Below, piece after piece: positions 8,586 to 18,357 of a DNA stretch of 64,000 nucleotides. Under the pieces are notes generated by a model that was not told where the DNA came from, ran no database searches, and saw nothing but the letters and a program-made list of their open reading frames with translations. A program made the position numbers and the translations under genes. The DNA comes from Candidatus Omnitrophota bacterium (lineage in GTDB: Bacteria; Omnitrophota; Gorgyraeia; 2-01-FULL-45-10): positions 89,928 through 153,927 of the forward strand of contig JAQVUX010000006.1 of assembly GCA_028699255.1 (NCBI GenBank), in the 5' to 3' direction. Position 1 is the stretch's first letter, and each line of letters starts with the position of its first letter.

Positions 8586-9962
8586 ATGACAAAAAAATTC
8601 CTTATCCTCATAGCTATAGCGTTATCTTTAGGCCTGGCGGCTGTAAAGATCGGATTGAATTGTCAACAATCACTGGCGGTGTCGATATTCTCCGCGTCTA
8701 TACTGGGCACGCTTTTCTTCTGGGATTTCCGTCTCAGTTTTGCTTTTATCGGCACATCACTTCTCCTGGCAACCAGGACCATAGATATCGAACATCTCGT
8801 AAGGTTTGCCTCCCTCGACGTTATTTTGTTTTTAGTCTGTATGATGGTGCTTGTGGGAATGCTGAAAGAGGCCAATTTTTTTAATATAATCTCCCACCTT
8901 CTTCTCGGGATAAAGCGCCTTAATTCTTTCAAGTTTATTATAATACTTTCGGCCGTTTCGGCTGTGATGGCCGCAATGGTCGATGAAGTTACATCGATAA
9001 TATTTATGATCGTAGCCGTGCTGGAGATATGCGATCGGCTCGAAATAGACCCGGTGCCGTATCTAATAACATCCGTTCTCGCTACCAATATAGGTTCTTC
9101 CGCGACAGTCTTGGGCAATCCAATCGGCATATTGATAGCCACGAGATCCGGGTTGACATTCGAGGATTTTATAATAAAAGCCGCCCCATTGGCGGCGGTG
9201 TGCCTTATGGTGACGATCGCGATCTGTCTTGTCTGGTACAGGAAATCCTTCGCGCAATTCGATAAGAACATCCGGCGTTTTACGGAGGCCAGGATCGCTT
9301 CCATGGAAAAGCCGATGGTTTTCACTAAAGACCTTAAGATAGGTTTAGCGATATTCGGCGCAACGATCCTTGCAATAGCGCTTCATCACCGTCTCGAGCT
9401 TTTGTGGGGGCTCGGGGCAAATACCATACTTATCGCCGCGCCTCTTATTTCCTGCGGCGGAGTTTTTATCTGGAAACGTAAGAATGCCAGAAAACACGTC
9501 GAGCGGGATGTAGAATGGTGGACGCTACTTTTCTTCATGCTTCTTTTCGCTCAGGCGGGTACGCTCCAATATACCGGCGCTACGGATGAACTGGCAAAAC
9601 GGCTCGCGGGAATGGTTGGGAATAGCCAGACATTTCTTACGGGCGTGATATTATGGATATCGGCCATAGGTTCCAGTATTCTGGACAATGTGGTTTTAGT
9701 AGCGGCTTTTATTCCGGTAATCCAGGGTTTTAAAGACATAGCTACGCAATCTTTCTGGTGGGCGCTTCTCTTCGGGGGGTGCCTCGGCGGCAATATAACA
9801 CTTGTCGGCTCAACAGCCAACATAGTAGCCCTCGGCATGTTGGAAAAAGAGAAGAATATACGGATCACCTTCCTGCGATGGTTCGGCATCGGACTGACGG
9901 TGGGCTTATCAACCACTATAGTGGTCTGGCTCGCTCTCACATTTCTGCCTTTTTATAGATGA
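8586..9962 (+). CDS. ArsB/NhaD-superfamily permease (CitMHS-type anion/cation transporter)
   Basis: 458 aa, ~12 TM, internal duplication-like symmetry, 'GSSATVLGNPIGILIA' and 'GGNITLVGSTANIVAL' motifs. Confidence 0.6.
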   Translation: MTKKFLILIAIALSLGLAAVKIGLNCQQSLAVSIFSASILGTLFFWDFRLSFAFIGTSLLLATRTIDIEHLVRFASLDVILFLVCMMVLVGMLKEANFFNIISHLLLGIKRLNSFKFIIILSAVSAVMAAMVDEVTSIIFMIVAVLEICDRLEIDPVPYLITSVLATNIGSSATVLGNPIGILIATRSGLTFEDFIIKAAPLAAVCLMVTIAICLVWYRKSFAQFDKNIRRFTEARIASMEKPMVFTKDLKIGLAIFGATILAIALHHRLELLWGLGANTILIAAPLISCGGVFIWKRKNARKHVERDVEWWTLLFFMLLFAQAGTLQYTGATDELAKRLAGMVGNSQTFLTGVILWISAIGSSILDNVVLVAAFIPVIQGFKDIATQSFWWALLFGGCLGGNITLVGSTANIVALGMLEKEKNIRITFLRWFGIGLTVGLSTTIVVWLALTFLPFYR

Positions 9963-10867
9963 AAAAAATCATCATCTTTTTATTCATTGCCTTAGCTATA
10001 ACCGCGCTCGTATTTTCATACGACCGTTTTCAGAAAATATCGGCGGAGCGCGCCCGGATAATTGCGAAACGTGCCGTTGCGTGGGAGCGGTTGAAGCATA
10101 ATATAAACAGACAAACCCGGGGATATAAAGGCACAGCGGCTATAGTGATACAGGATATTAAGACCGGATGGCGGATAGAGTCTTGTGAATACAAAGTAAT
10201 GCCGTCGGCAAGCCTGGTCAAGATACCCGTAATGATGGCGTATTTCAGCGCGGAAAAAGAAGGCAGGCTAAGTTTTGATGATATAATAATATTAAGAAGG
10301 GCCGATAAGACCGACGGCTCCGGGAAGTTGAAAGATATGGTGGCCGGGTCGAAACACAGGATACGGGACCTTATCTATCTGATGATAACCGAGAGCGATA
10401 ATACGGCCGCTAATATTCTGATAAACCGTTTGGGGCTTGAAGAGCTTAACGGTTATTTTGCGAAGCTCGGTCTTAAAAATACCAACCTATCGCGCAGAAT
10501 GATGGATTTTAAATCACGCAGGGCGGGTATAGAAAATTATACAACCGCTTCCGACATGGCGTATCTTTTGGAAAAACTGTATCGCGGCAAGTTTATAGAC
10601 AAAGATATTTCGAATAAATGCCTGGCGCTTTTGGCGGAGCAGAAAGTAAACGACAGGATACCTAAAAAATTACCGCCTGCCACTACGGTCGCTCACAAGA
10701 CCGGACTGGAGAACGGCATATGCCACGACGTTGGTATCGTCTATACACCCAAAGGTGATTTTATAATATGTGTCCTGACAAAACATAAATACACTACGGC
10801 CAGGCCTACAAAAAGGCTGATATCGCAACTGTCGCTTCTTACGTATAACTATTACAGCGGATTATGA
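9959..10867 (+). CDS. Class A beta-lactamase-like serine hydrolase
   Basis: S-x-x-K ('SLVK'), 'SDN' ('ESDNTAAN') and 'KTG' ('HKTGLENG') motifs in correct order/spacing; signal anchor. Confidence 0.75.
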   Translation: MKKIIIFLFIALAITALVFSYDRFQKISAERARIIAKRAVAWERLKHNINRQTRGYKGTAAIVIQDIKTGWRIESCEYKVMPSASLVKIPVMMAYFSAEKEGRLSFDDIIILRRADKTDGSGKLKDMVAGSKHRIRDLIYLMITESDNTAANILINRLGLEELNGYFAKLGLKNTNLSRRMMDFKSRRAGIENYTTASDMAYLLEKLYRGKFIDKDISNKCLALLAEQKVNDRIPKKLPPATTVAHKTGLENGICHDVGIVYTPKGDFIICVLTKHKYTTARPTKRLISQLSLLTYNYYSGL

Positions 10868-10870
10868 TGC

Positions 10871-11353
10871 ATGAGAAAACGGAATGTATTTGATGCTATA
10901 ACCGGTTTTTTCAGGCTTATATACGAGAAGCTTGTAAAGATCGACGACACCCCGCAGAAAATAGCTTCCGGGTTCGGCATTGGCGTTTTTGCCGGTGTAT
11001 TGCCGATGGCCGGGCCCATAGCGGCCGTATTCCTGGCGGTACTTTTCAAGGTTAATCGCGCCGCCGCACTTTTGGCCGCTCTTATAACCAATACATGGAT
11101 AAGTTTCGTAATATTTTTATTTTCCGTTAAAATAGGCGCTTTTATTTTTGGCGTCGACGGCTCGGCCATACAACTACAATGGGCGGAGCTTTTAAAAGAT
11201 TTTCATCTATCGGGATTATTTAAATTATCGGCTATGAGGATCGCTCTTCCCGTTATAACAGGGTATCTCGTTATGGCGCTATTTTCTGCGGGAACGGCTT
11301 ATGTTATGATTCTTACGGTGATGAAGTTTATTAAAAATAACGGAAAGTCCTAA
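10871..11353 (+). CDS. DUF2062-family small membrane protein
   Basis: '...TPQKIASGFGIGVFAGVLP...' pattern typical of DUF2062. Confidence 0.5.
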   Translation: MRKRNVFDAITGFFRLIYEKLVKIDDTPQKIASGFGIGVFAGVLPMAGPIAAVFLAVLFKVNRAAALLAALITNTWISFVIFLFSVKIGAFIFGVDGSAIQLQWAELLKDFHLSGLFKLSAMRIALPVITGYLVMALFSAGTAYVMILTVMKFIKNNGKS

Positions 11354-11357
11354 AAAT

Positions 11358-13928
11358 ATGCCGTTGCCGCAAATAGAATTAAAAAATATCAAAGGCCTCT
11401 CGGAATCGGAAGTAGCCGCGCGCTTACAGCGCGACGGTTATAATGAATTGCCGCTCGGAAATACACGCAGTATGTTCGCGATAGCCTTAAGCGTATTTAA
11501 GGAGCCGATGTTCCTGCTTCTGGTAGCGTGCGGAGCTATATATTTTATACTGGGCGAGATGCAGGATGCGGTGATGCTTTTGGGATTTGTCTTTGTGATA
11601 ATGGGTATCACGATATATCAGGAAGGCAAATCCGAAAGGGCCCTGGAGGCCCTGAGGGATCTTTCCAGCCCGCGCGCGCTCGTTGTAAGGGATGGCGCGC
11701 AGAAGAGGATACCCGGCAGAGAAGTGGTAAAGGACGATATTATAATAATAAGGGAAGGCGACAGGGTGCCGGCGGATGCGGTTATGCTATGGGGTATAAA
11801 TATTGCCGCGGATGAGTCGATACTATCCGGCGAGTCTGTGCCGGTTCGGAAAGCGGCGGTTAATGGCGCGGAACCGAAATTTGGACGGCCGGGAGGAGAC
11901 GACACTCCGTTCCTTTACTCGGGGAGCCTTATCACGCGCGGGCAGGCTCTGGCAAGAGTGGCGTTGATAGGCGCTGACACGGAGATGGGCAGGATCGGTA
12001 AGGCGATAGAGGAGATAGCGGAAGAGCCGACCGCCCTGCAGAAGGAGACGGGCAGGTTAGTCAAAGTAATATTTACTATAGCTCTATTCCTTTGCCTGGC
12101 AGTAGTCATGGTTTACGGTTTTACTCGCGGCAACTGGCTTGACGCGGCATTATCCGGCATAACTTTAGCCATGGCGATGTTGCCGGAGGAGTTTCCGGTG
12201 GTGCTTACCATATTTTTGGCGCTCGGCGCATGGCGCATATCCAAAAAGAATGTTTTGACCAGAAAAGCCTCGGCTGTAGAGATGTTGGGCGCCGCGACGA
12301 TTCTATGTGTGGACAAGACAGGCACTCTGACCCAGAACAAAATGTCGATAAAGGAATTGTTTAACGGTAAAGAGTTTTATGATATCGTCCCCGGCCGTCA
12401 GGCGCCGCTACCCGAATCTTTCCATGAGGTCGTCGAATACGGAATACTCGCAAGCAAGAAAGACCCTTTCGATCCGATGGAAAAAGCGCTCGAAGAGTTG
12501 GGGCACACAACCCTTTATAATACAGAACATATACACAATGACTGGCCTCTCGTAGAAGAATATCCTCTATCGAAGGAGATGATGGCCTTATCCCATGTCT
12601 GGGAAACGCCGGATAGGAAAGGCTTTGTCGTTTCTACCAAAGGCGCGCCGGAGGCGATACAGGAACTATGCCATTTAGATGAGAACGAAAGAAAAGAGGT
12701 ATCCGCCGCGATTGACAGGATGGCCGGCATCGGTTTGCGTGTATTGGGTGTGGCTAAAGCCTCGTTTGATAAAGCGACACTACCGTCATCGCAACATGAC
12801 TTCGATTTCAAATTCATAGGTCTTATAGGCCTGGCCGATCCTATACGCTCCAGCGTTCCTCTGGCTATACAGGAATGCTACGGCGCCGGCATCAGGGTGG
12901 TGATGATAACCGGTGATTATCCGACCACCGCCCAGAATATCGCCAGAGAGATAGGGCTTAAAAATCCCGAAGCTGTTATAACCGGGCCGGAACTCGAAAG
13001 AATGGGGAAGGATCAGTTGCGGGAAAAATGCGCAGGCGTGAATATATTTTCCAGAGTCCAGCCGGAACAAAAATTATTGATCGTCAATGCCCTGAAGGCC
13101 GCCGGCGAGATGGTTGCTATGACAGGCGACGGAGTCAATGACGCGCCTGCCATAAAGTCGGCGGCGATAGGTATTGCGATGGGGGGCCGAGGCACGGACG
13201 TTGCCAGGGAGGCCTCCGATATAGTGCTGTTGGACGACGATTTTTCGTCTATAGTCGAGGCGGTGCGTCTCGGTAGGCGCATATTTGACAATCTTAAGAA
13301 GGCGATGGCGTATATAATAAGCGTTCATATCCCGATAGCGGGCGCCGCCATAATTCCGGTTATCATGGGCTGGCCGATAATATTATATCCGGCTCATATA
13401 GTTTTTCTGGAGCTGATTATAGACCCGGCCTGTTCGATAGTATTCGAATCGGAACCGGCTGAGAAGAACGTGATGAATCGGCCACCCAGAAATCCAAAAG
13501 GCGCGTTATTCGGGGAAAAGTTACTCGCATTAAGCCTGCTCCAGGGATTGTCATCTCTGGCGGCAGTGATAGCCGTATTCCTGCTCGCCTTGCGTTTTGG
13601 CCAGACGGAAGGCGGCGCCCGTGCGCTCGCATTCACAACGCTTATTATATCCAACCTGTGCCTTATACTGACGAACCGGTCGTGGACCAGAGGCATAATA
13701 TCCGTATTTTCGGTTTCGAACAAGGCGCTAACCGGCGTTATTATCGGCGCCGTCGGCTTTCTTTTAATGGTAATATACATTCCGTTTTTACAGAACATGT
13801 TCCATTTTGGGCAGATACATTCGGAAGACATGGTAATATGCTTTGCCGCCGGAGTATGGAGCATTTTATGGTTCGAGCTTTTGAAGTGGGCCTTCAGAAA
13901 GATGCATATAGACCTTATGGAGGCATGA
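11358..13928 (+). CDS. Cation-transporting P-type ATPase (type II, Ca2+/Mg2+-like)
   Basis: 'DKTGTLT' phosphorylation motif, 'MTGDGVNDAPAIK' hinge motif, N- and C-terminal TM bundles. Confidence 0.9.
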   Translation: MPLPQIELKNIKGLSESEVAARLQRDGYNELPLGNTRSMFAIALSVFKEPMFLLLVACGAIYFILGEMQDAVMLLGFVFVIMGITIYQEGKSERALEALRDLSSPRALVVRDGAQKRIPGREVVKDDIIIIREGDRVPADAVMLWGINIAADESILSGESVPVRKAAVNGAEPKFGRPGGDDTPFLYSGSLITRGQALARVALIGADTEMGRIGKAIEEIAEEPTALQKETGRLVKVIFTIALFLCLAVVMVYGFTRGNWLDAALSGITLAMAMLPEEFPVVLTIFLALGAWRISKKNVLTRKASAVEMLGAATILCVDKTGTLTQNKMSIKELFNGKEFYDIVPGRQAPLPESFHEVVEYGILASKKDPFDPMEKALEELGHTTLYNTEHIHNDWPLVEEYPLSKEMMALSHVWETPDRKGFVVSTKGAPEAIQELCHLDENERKEVSAAIDRMAGIGLRVLGVAKASFDKATLPSSQHDFDFKFIGLIGLADPIRSSVPLAIQECYGAGIRVVMITGDYPTTAQNIAREIGLKNPEAVITGPELERMGKDQLREKCAGVNIFSRVQPEQKLLIVNALKAAGEMVAMTGDGVNDAPAIKSAAIGIAMGGRGTDVAREASDIVLLDDDFSSIVEAVRLGRRIFDNLKKAMAYIISVHIPIAGAAIIPVIMGWPIILYPAHIVFLELIIDPACSIVFESEPAEKNVMNRPPRNPKGALFGEKLLALSLLQGLSSLAAVIAVFLLALRFGQTEGGARALAFTTLIISNLCLILTNRSWTRGIISVFSVSNKALTGVIIGAVGFLLMVIYIPFLQNMFHFGQIHSEDMVICFAAGVWSILWFELLKWAFRKMHIDLMEA

Positions 13929-14051
13929 CGCATTTTATACTTGTTATAATTACGCCCCGAGAGTATAATGACGTTGAGTTTACCGGGTTTGGGGTCCGGG
14001 TGAAAGCAGTCGTATAATACATACGGCTGTAAAAAAAGGAGAGGTAGAAAG

Positions 14052-14408
14052 ATGAGGAAAGTAGCATTGGTATTGATCGCGATCGCGTTTGCATCCGGAG
14101 CGGCTTTTGCTCAGGATCAGGCCGCGGCTCCGGCGAAAACGGAGACACCGGCACAGCAGGCTAAGGCAGTGGTGGGGAAACTGGTTAATGTTACAGTAGC
14201 TGAGCCGGCAAAAGGCATAGCCAACGGCACAGTTACCATAACGGATGATACCGGTAAGGCCGTCGAGTTTACGGTAACCCAGAGCACGAAAGTCCTTGAT
14301 GCCACTTTGAATGCCATTACTTTGAACCAGCTCAAGATAGGGGAAAAAGTAAAGGTAAAATCAAAAGAAGGCACAAAAGAGGCCGCCGCTATAAAAGTAG
14401 CGGAGTAG
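14052..14408 (+). CDS. Secreted small protein, hypothetical
   Basis: Signal peptide 'MRKVALVLIAIAFASGAAFA'; strong RBS GGAGAGG. Confidence 0.5.
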   Translation: MRKVALVLIAIAFASGAAFAQDQAAAPAKTETPAQQAKAVVGKLVNVTVAEPAKGIANGTVTITDDTGKAVEFTVTQSTKVLDATLNAITLNQLKIGEKVKVKSKEGTKEAAAIKVAE

Positions 14409-14428
14409 TTTTTAAGACAACGCAAAAC

Positions 14429-14471
14429 GGCGGACATCCGAGTATTCGAACCCCAAGATGTCCGCCTTTTT
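14429..14471 (+). terminator. Rho-independent terminator (GGCGGACATC...GATGTCCGCC + TTTTT)
   Basis: 10-bp perfect stem followed by T-run directly after 14052..14408 gene. Confidence 0.7.
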
Positions 14472-14485
14472 GTCGAGGTGAATTT

Positions 14486-14806
14486 ATGGCAACGTATGAA
14501 GATTTCAGGAAGATAGAACTGAAGATAGCGAAGATCAAAGAGGTGAATGATCATCCTAATGCCGACCGTTTGTATGTTATTATAGTTGAGGTGGGCGATA
14601 AAACTAAGCAGATAGTTGCCGGCATCAGGAATTCATATAAGAAAGAAGATTTAATAGGACGGCAGGTCGTGCTTGTAGATAATCTGGATCCTGCGATATT
14701 GCGCGGAGTCGAAAGCCAGGGCATGTTATTAGCCGCGTCCGATGAAAAAGGTATCGCTATCATTACCTCCGACAGGGAAATGGTGTCGGGAAGCGTGGTG
14801 AAGTAG
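14486..14806 (+). CDS. tRNA-binding protein (CsaA/YgjH, EMAP/MetRS C-terminal-like OB fold)
   Basis: 'ELKIAKIKEVNDHPNADRLYV..VEVGDKTKQIVAG' matches tRNA-binding domain family. Confidence 0.75.
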   Translation: MATYEDFRKIELKIAKIKEVNDHPNADRLYVIIVEVGDKTKQIVAGIRNSYKKEDLIGRQVVLVDNLDPAILRGVESQGMLLAASDEKGIAIITSDREMVSGSVVK

Positions 14807-14836
14807 AGAATAAGAATTTGCACTGCAAATTTTCTA

Positions 14837-14913
14837 GCGCCTGTAGCTCAGTTGGATAGAGTATCTGGCTACGAACCAGGTGGTCGCAGGTTCGAATCCT
14901 GCCAGGCGCGCCA
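14837..14913 (+). tRNA. tRNA-Arg: tRNA-Arg (anticodon ACG), with encoded CCA
   Basis: Cloverleaf folded by hand: acceptor GCGCCTG/CAGGCGC, D-arm GCTC..GAGT, anticodon stem TCTGG/CCAGG with loop CTACGAA, T-arm GCAGG TTCGAAT CCTGC. Confidence 0.85.
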
Positions 14914-14969
14914 GTTTTCGCCCGTGTAACACTATAGCGAAAACGCCCCGAAGCATATGTGGAAATTAT

Positions 14970-15018
14970 CTAAGATAATTTCCACATGTTTATGCAAGGG
15001 GCAAGGGCGTGATTTCCT
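14970..15018. repeat. 49-bp direct repeat copy 1 (CTAAGATAATTTCCACATGTTTATGCAAGGGGCAAGGGCGTGATTTCCT)
   Basis: Matches 15121..15169 with 1 mismatch. Confidence 0.85.
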
Positions 15019-15120
15019 TTAGGAAATTTTATGGTCCTGGAGTCTAAGATGCATCGATTTTGCTATGAGTTTTCTTCAAGCAAAATCGATGGACTCCAAA
15101 AATATCTCAGATCCTATCAT

Positions 15121-15169
15121 CTAAGATAATTTCCACATGTTTATGCAAGGGGCAAGTGCGTGATTTCCT
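15121..15169. repeat. 49-bp direct repeat copy 2 (overlaps stop codon of FecR-like gene)
   Basis: Matches 14970..15018 with 1 mismatch. Confidence 0.85.
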
Positions 15170-15647
15170 ATTTCACCGCGTCAACTTTGACGGAAAATTT
15201 GGTGCCGCGCACACCGACTACCGAGGTGGGAGTTTTTACTTCGAACTTCGATTCCGGCGTATCGAGTTTTTCCGCTTTTATAAGAATCTGTCCTATAGCA
15301 AGGTCGAGGAGTGTTTTATTTGTGCCAGTCGTCGCTTCGTGCGCCAGTGTGGTAAATGACAGGAGCGATTTTTCATCCATGTCCACAATCGCGGCTTGAT
15401 GAGTAGCGCCATCTACCGTAAGTACCGCTCTACCTCCCAAACCCGTTTTAATAAACGACCCTTCGGTTAAGACGTCTCCAATCTTTGCATTTTCCCACGT
15501 CCCAGGCCCACCATGTTTTATCATAACCTCTCCACCCAATTTACTGACGATGACCGAGCGCTTTATTTCTTCGGAAAAACAATTGTATGTAAAAAGACAA
15601 AGCGCGAGCACCGCGCATAAAATTTTTGATATTTTCATATTGGTCAC
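15168..15647 (-). CDS. FecR-domain secreted protein
   Basis: Signal peptide, then 'EVMIKHGG..W..A..GD.L..G..I.TG..GRA.L' beta-rich pattern typical of PF04773. Confidence 0.6.
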   Translation of the reverse strand: MTNMKISKILCAVLALCLFTYNCFSEEIKRSVIVSKLGGEVMIKHGGPGTWENAKIGDVLTEGSFIKTGLGGRAVLTVDGATHQAAIVDMDEKSLLSFTTLAHEATTGTNKTLLDLAIGQILIKAEKLDTPESKFEVKTPTSVVGVRGTKFSVKVDAVK

Positions 15648-15686
15648 CTTGGACTAAATATACCGGATAAAACCGGCAAAGTCAAG

Positions 15687-15722
15687 TTAACCGTTCGACC
15701 TCGGAGGTCGAACGATGGTTAA
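15687..15722. promoter_or_regulatory. Near-perfect palindrome TTAACCGTTCGACCTCGGAGGTCGAACGATGGTTAA in divergent FecR/RlpA intergenic region
   Basis: 10-bp perfect arms GTTCGACCTC/GAGGTCGAAC plus flanking TTAACC/GGTTAA. Confidence 0.3.
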
Positions 15723-15876
15723 AAATAAAAAAGGAGGATAAGGGGGTGGTTGTATTTCGTTGAATATATGATAAACTTAACATGAAAAGATAGAATGCAG
15801 ACATCCGATGGCCATAACGAAGTCATTGGATATTTTTTGGGCAGTTAATAAAAACTTTTAACATGACGGTGAGCCC

Positions 15877-16260
15877 ATGAGAATCGCGAAAGTTTTAAAA
15901 ATCGGCATTCTGATCTTATTAGTGGTGGCTCTGGCTGGTTATGCATGGCCCGGGTTAGTTATAAGTGAAGGCGTGGCAAGCTATTATTCATACGAATGCG
16001 CCAGATTGCCGATGGCAAACGGGAAACCGTTCGATCCGGAAAACAGAACATGCGCCAGCTGGTTCTACGATTTTGGCACGGTACTGATAGTGAAAAGCCT
16101 TGATACGGGTTTGTCTACGGAAGTTGTGGTTACTGATAGAGGGCCTAATAAGCGGCTCGTAAGAGAAGGAAGGATAATCGACCTCTCCAAAAGGGCATTC
16201 CAGGATATCTGCAGGTTGGAAAAAGGGCTCACCAGAGTTGCTATTATCGTTAAAGAATGA
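15877..16260 (+). CDS. RlpA-like double-psi beta-barrel (DPBB) lipoprotein-like protein
   Basis: 'ASYYSYECARLPMANGKPFD...VVVTDRGP' characteristic of RlpA/expansin-like DPBB_1. Confidence 0.7.
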   Translation: MRIAKVLKIGILILLVVALAGYAWPGLVISEGVASYYSYECARLPMANGKPFDPENRTCASWFYDFGTVLIVKSLDTGLSTEVVVTDRGPNKRLVREGRIIDLSKRAFQDICRLEKGLTRVAIIVKE

Positions 16261-16325
16261 AAAATATTCAGATCGACATATTTAAAAAATTAATCCCTCA
16301 GCAGAAATTCCTGGACTTAAATATC

Positions 16326-16351
16326 AAAATTCCACCCCGGGGTGGAATTTT
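16326..16351. promoter_or_regulatory. 26-bp perfect palindrome AAAATTCCACCCC|GGGGTGGAATTTT abutting a putative -35 (TTGACT 16355..16360) of the coiled-coil/ParA operon
   Basis: Seen directly; 18-bp core TTCCACCCCGGGGTGGAA recurs at 61260..61281. Confidence 0.5.
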
Positions 16352-16436
16352 ACTTTGACTTACGCTTGAGATATGGTGTAAAATACCTTATTAAAATAAA
16401 GAAGTTTCTTCGTTTCGCTTGAGGAGGGGGTACCGA

Positions 16437-16757
16437 ATGCTGGATATAGGTTTGGCCAATATTACGATGTTCTTTGTGATAATAGGAATATGCCTGATTT
16501 TCATCATTACGTGGATAATCAAGTCCGAAGCCAGGATAAATGTTTGCAAAGATGAAATAAAGAAATTAAAAACTAGCCTTGATTCTTCCGAGCGCGAGAG
16601 GTTTGTCCTTTCCGAGAAAATCGTAAATCTCGAATCCGGTCGTTCTTCCGATAAGCTTGGCGAGGCCGAAGCGCTTAAAGCGGAAAACGATGCCCTTAAG
16701 CGGGAATTAGCCGCCGCGAAATCATCGTTGGAAGAGGTCTATAAGGCGTTAAGTTAA
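16437..16757 (+). CDS. Membrane-anchored coiled-coil protein (start moved to ATG 16437 with GGAGGGGG RBS)
   Basis: N-terminal TM helix then heptad-rich K/E/L segment. Confidence 0.5.
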   Translation: MLDIGLANITMFFVIIGICLIFIITWIIKSEARINVCKDEIKKLKTSLDSSERERFVLSEKIVNLESGRSSDKLGEAEALKAENDALKRELAAAKSSLEEVYKALS

Positions 16758-16758
16758 T

Positions 16759-18357
16759 ATGGAAATTAGCGAAATAAAACAGAAGATAATGGCAAGGATC
16801 GAGGAAGAGAAGTCCAGGTCCTCCGGCAAGAAAAATCCCCTGAACCTGGATGCGCTATCTTCTAAGATGGGGCGCCCAAAAGAAGATCTGCTGAAGCTTT
16901 TCAATAAAGACGCCAAGGTCGCCTCGCCGCCACCGGTGAGTGTTAAGAACCCCACCCCTGCCCATCATGAAAAACTGAGCGAGCTTGAAGCCGAAAACAT
17001 CCGCCTTAAAAAGATACAGGAAGATGCCCGCGCCAAGAGCGACACGCTTTTGAACGAGATAGAAGAAAAAGACAGGGCCATAGTTGAATTGCAGGATAGG
17101 CTTAAGAGAGAATCCATAAGCCTTATAAAAGACAGCGAAAAAGAAAAATCCCTCATAAATACAGCGATAGAAAAATCTATCTCCGAATACCGCAATAAAC
17201 TTACCGCGCTTGAATCCGAAAATAAGTCGCTAAAACAGACCCATGCCGGCGCGCTTCAGAAGAATGAGGGTATATTTCTACAGATATCCCAGAAAGATAA
17301 AGAGATCGCCGAGCTTAAAAAGAAGATACAGAGCGACGTCGACGAAATAGATAAGAATAAGAAGCTGAAGCGCTTGCACGAGGATTCCTTAAAACAGAAC
17401 GACAATCTTTTAATACGTCTCGAAGAAAAAGATGCGGAGATAGTCGGCTTAGAGAAGAAATTGCAGGAGGCGCTCGAGCGTTCCAAAAAGATAAAAGAGC
17501 ATGAAAAGGCCGTCGAGGAACATCGCGCCGAGCGGGACAAAGCCGCCGCCAATATGGAAAACTTGCGCTCGAAACTCTACGCCGCCACCAAAGAGCTGAA
17601 AGAGCAGGCCGGACGGATAGCCCAGATGGAAGATACGCTGAAACACAGGGAGAAGCGCCTTGCCGACAGTGACAAGGTCTATAAAAATCTGGAAAACGAA
17701 AAGAACGCGATAGCGCTCAAACTGCAGGCGTCAGAGGAAGCCGCGAGGGGCCTCGAAGATAAAGTAAAGGCCGTGATTGCCGAATTGGAGGCAAAAGAAA
17801 AACGCGTCGTCGATGCCGAAAAGAACGCTATTAAAAATATCGAGGCGGCCAGGAAAGAGATGGCTCTGGAGGTGCAGGCGGTCGACAGAAATAAGAAGGC
17901 CCTCGAAGGCAAGATCGCCCAGTTGAATATAGAGTTGGAGGCGAAGAACAGGCGGATAGAAGAGACGGAAGGGGCCAACAACGAGCTGGACGCTCTGGCG
18001 AAGGAGGCGGCTATTAAACTGCATGCCGCCGAAGACGCTAAAGCCGATCTGGAAGAGAAGATGCGGGAAAACGAAAACGAACTGGTCAATATCGGTAAAA
18101 AACACGATACCGAAAATGCGGCCGCCGAAGATAAAATTGCCGGCATGAACTCCGAGATAGAATCGCTCAAGACTGTTATAAAGGACAAGGAGAATGCGGA
18201 AGAGGAGCTTAGGGAAAATATCACGCGCCTCGAAACGGAAATAGAAGCCCGTGATAAAAAGATACAGACGGACGTAAAATACTGCGAAGATGTAGTCAGG
18301 GAAGTTAACGATCTCAGACAGAAGATAAAGGCATATCGCCTTAAATCAGTGAAATAG
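16759..18357 (+). CDS. Long coiled-coil protein (532 aa), hypothetical
   Basis: Almost entirely K/E/L/A heptad repeats; stop overlaps GTG start of ParA gene. Confidence 0.6.
   Translation: MEISEIKQKIMARIEEEKSRSSGKKNPLNLDALSSKMGRPKEDLLKLFNKDAKVASPPPVSVKNPTPAHHEKLSELEAENIRLKKIQEDARAKSDTLLNEIEEKDRAIVELQDRLKRESISLIKDSEKEKSLINTAIEKSISEYRNKLTALESENKSLKQTHAGALQKNEGIFLQISQKDKEIAELKKKIQSDVDEIDKNKKLKRLHEDSLKQNDNLLIRLEEKDAEIVGLEKKLQEALERSKKIKEHEKAVEEHRAERDKAAANMENLRSKLYAATKELKEQAGRIAQMEDTLKHREKRLADSDKVYKNLENEKNAIALKLQASEEAARGLEDKVKAVIAELEAKEKRVVDAEKNAIKNIEAARKEMALEVQAVDRNKKALEGKIAQLNIELEAKNRRIEETEGANNELDALAKEAAIKLHAAEDAKADLEEKMRENENELVNIGKKHDTENAAAEDKIAGMNSEIESLKTVIKDKENAEEELRENITRLETEIEARDKKIQTDVKYCEDVVREVNDLRQKIKAYRLKSVK

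Noticed and set aside
8660-9325. Overlapping ORFs (+ 8660..8884, - 8663..9325) inside the ArsB/NhaD permease gene
   Set aside because: Alternative-frame or antisense ORFs within a well-supported polytopic transporter CDS
14970-15169. Possible CRISPR array (direct repeats with spacer)
   Set aside because: Only two repeat copies, 49 bp each with a 102-bp spacer, no cas genes nearby; better explained as att-like or ncRNA repeats
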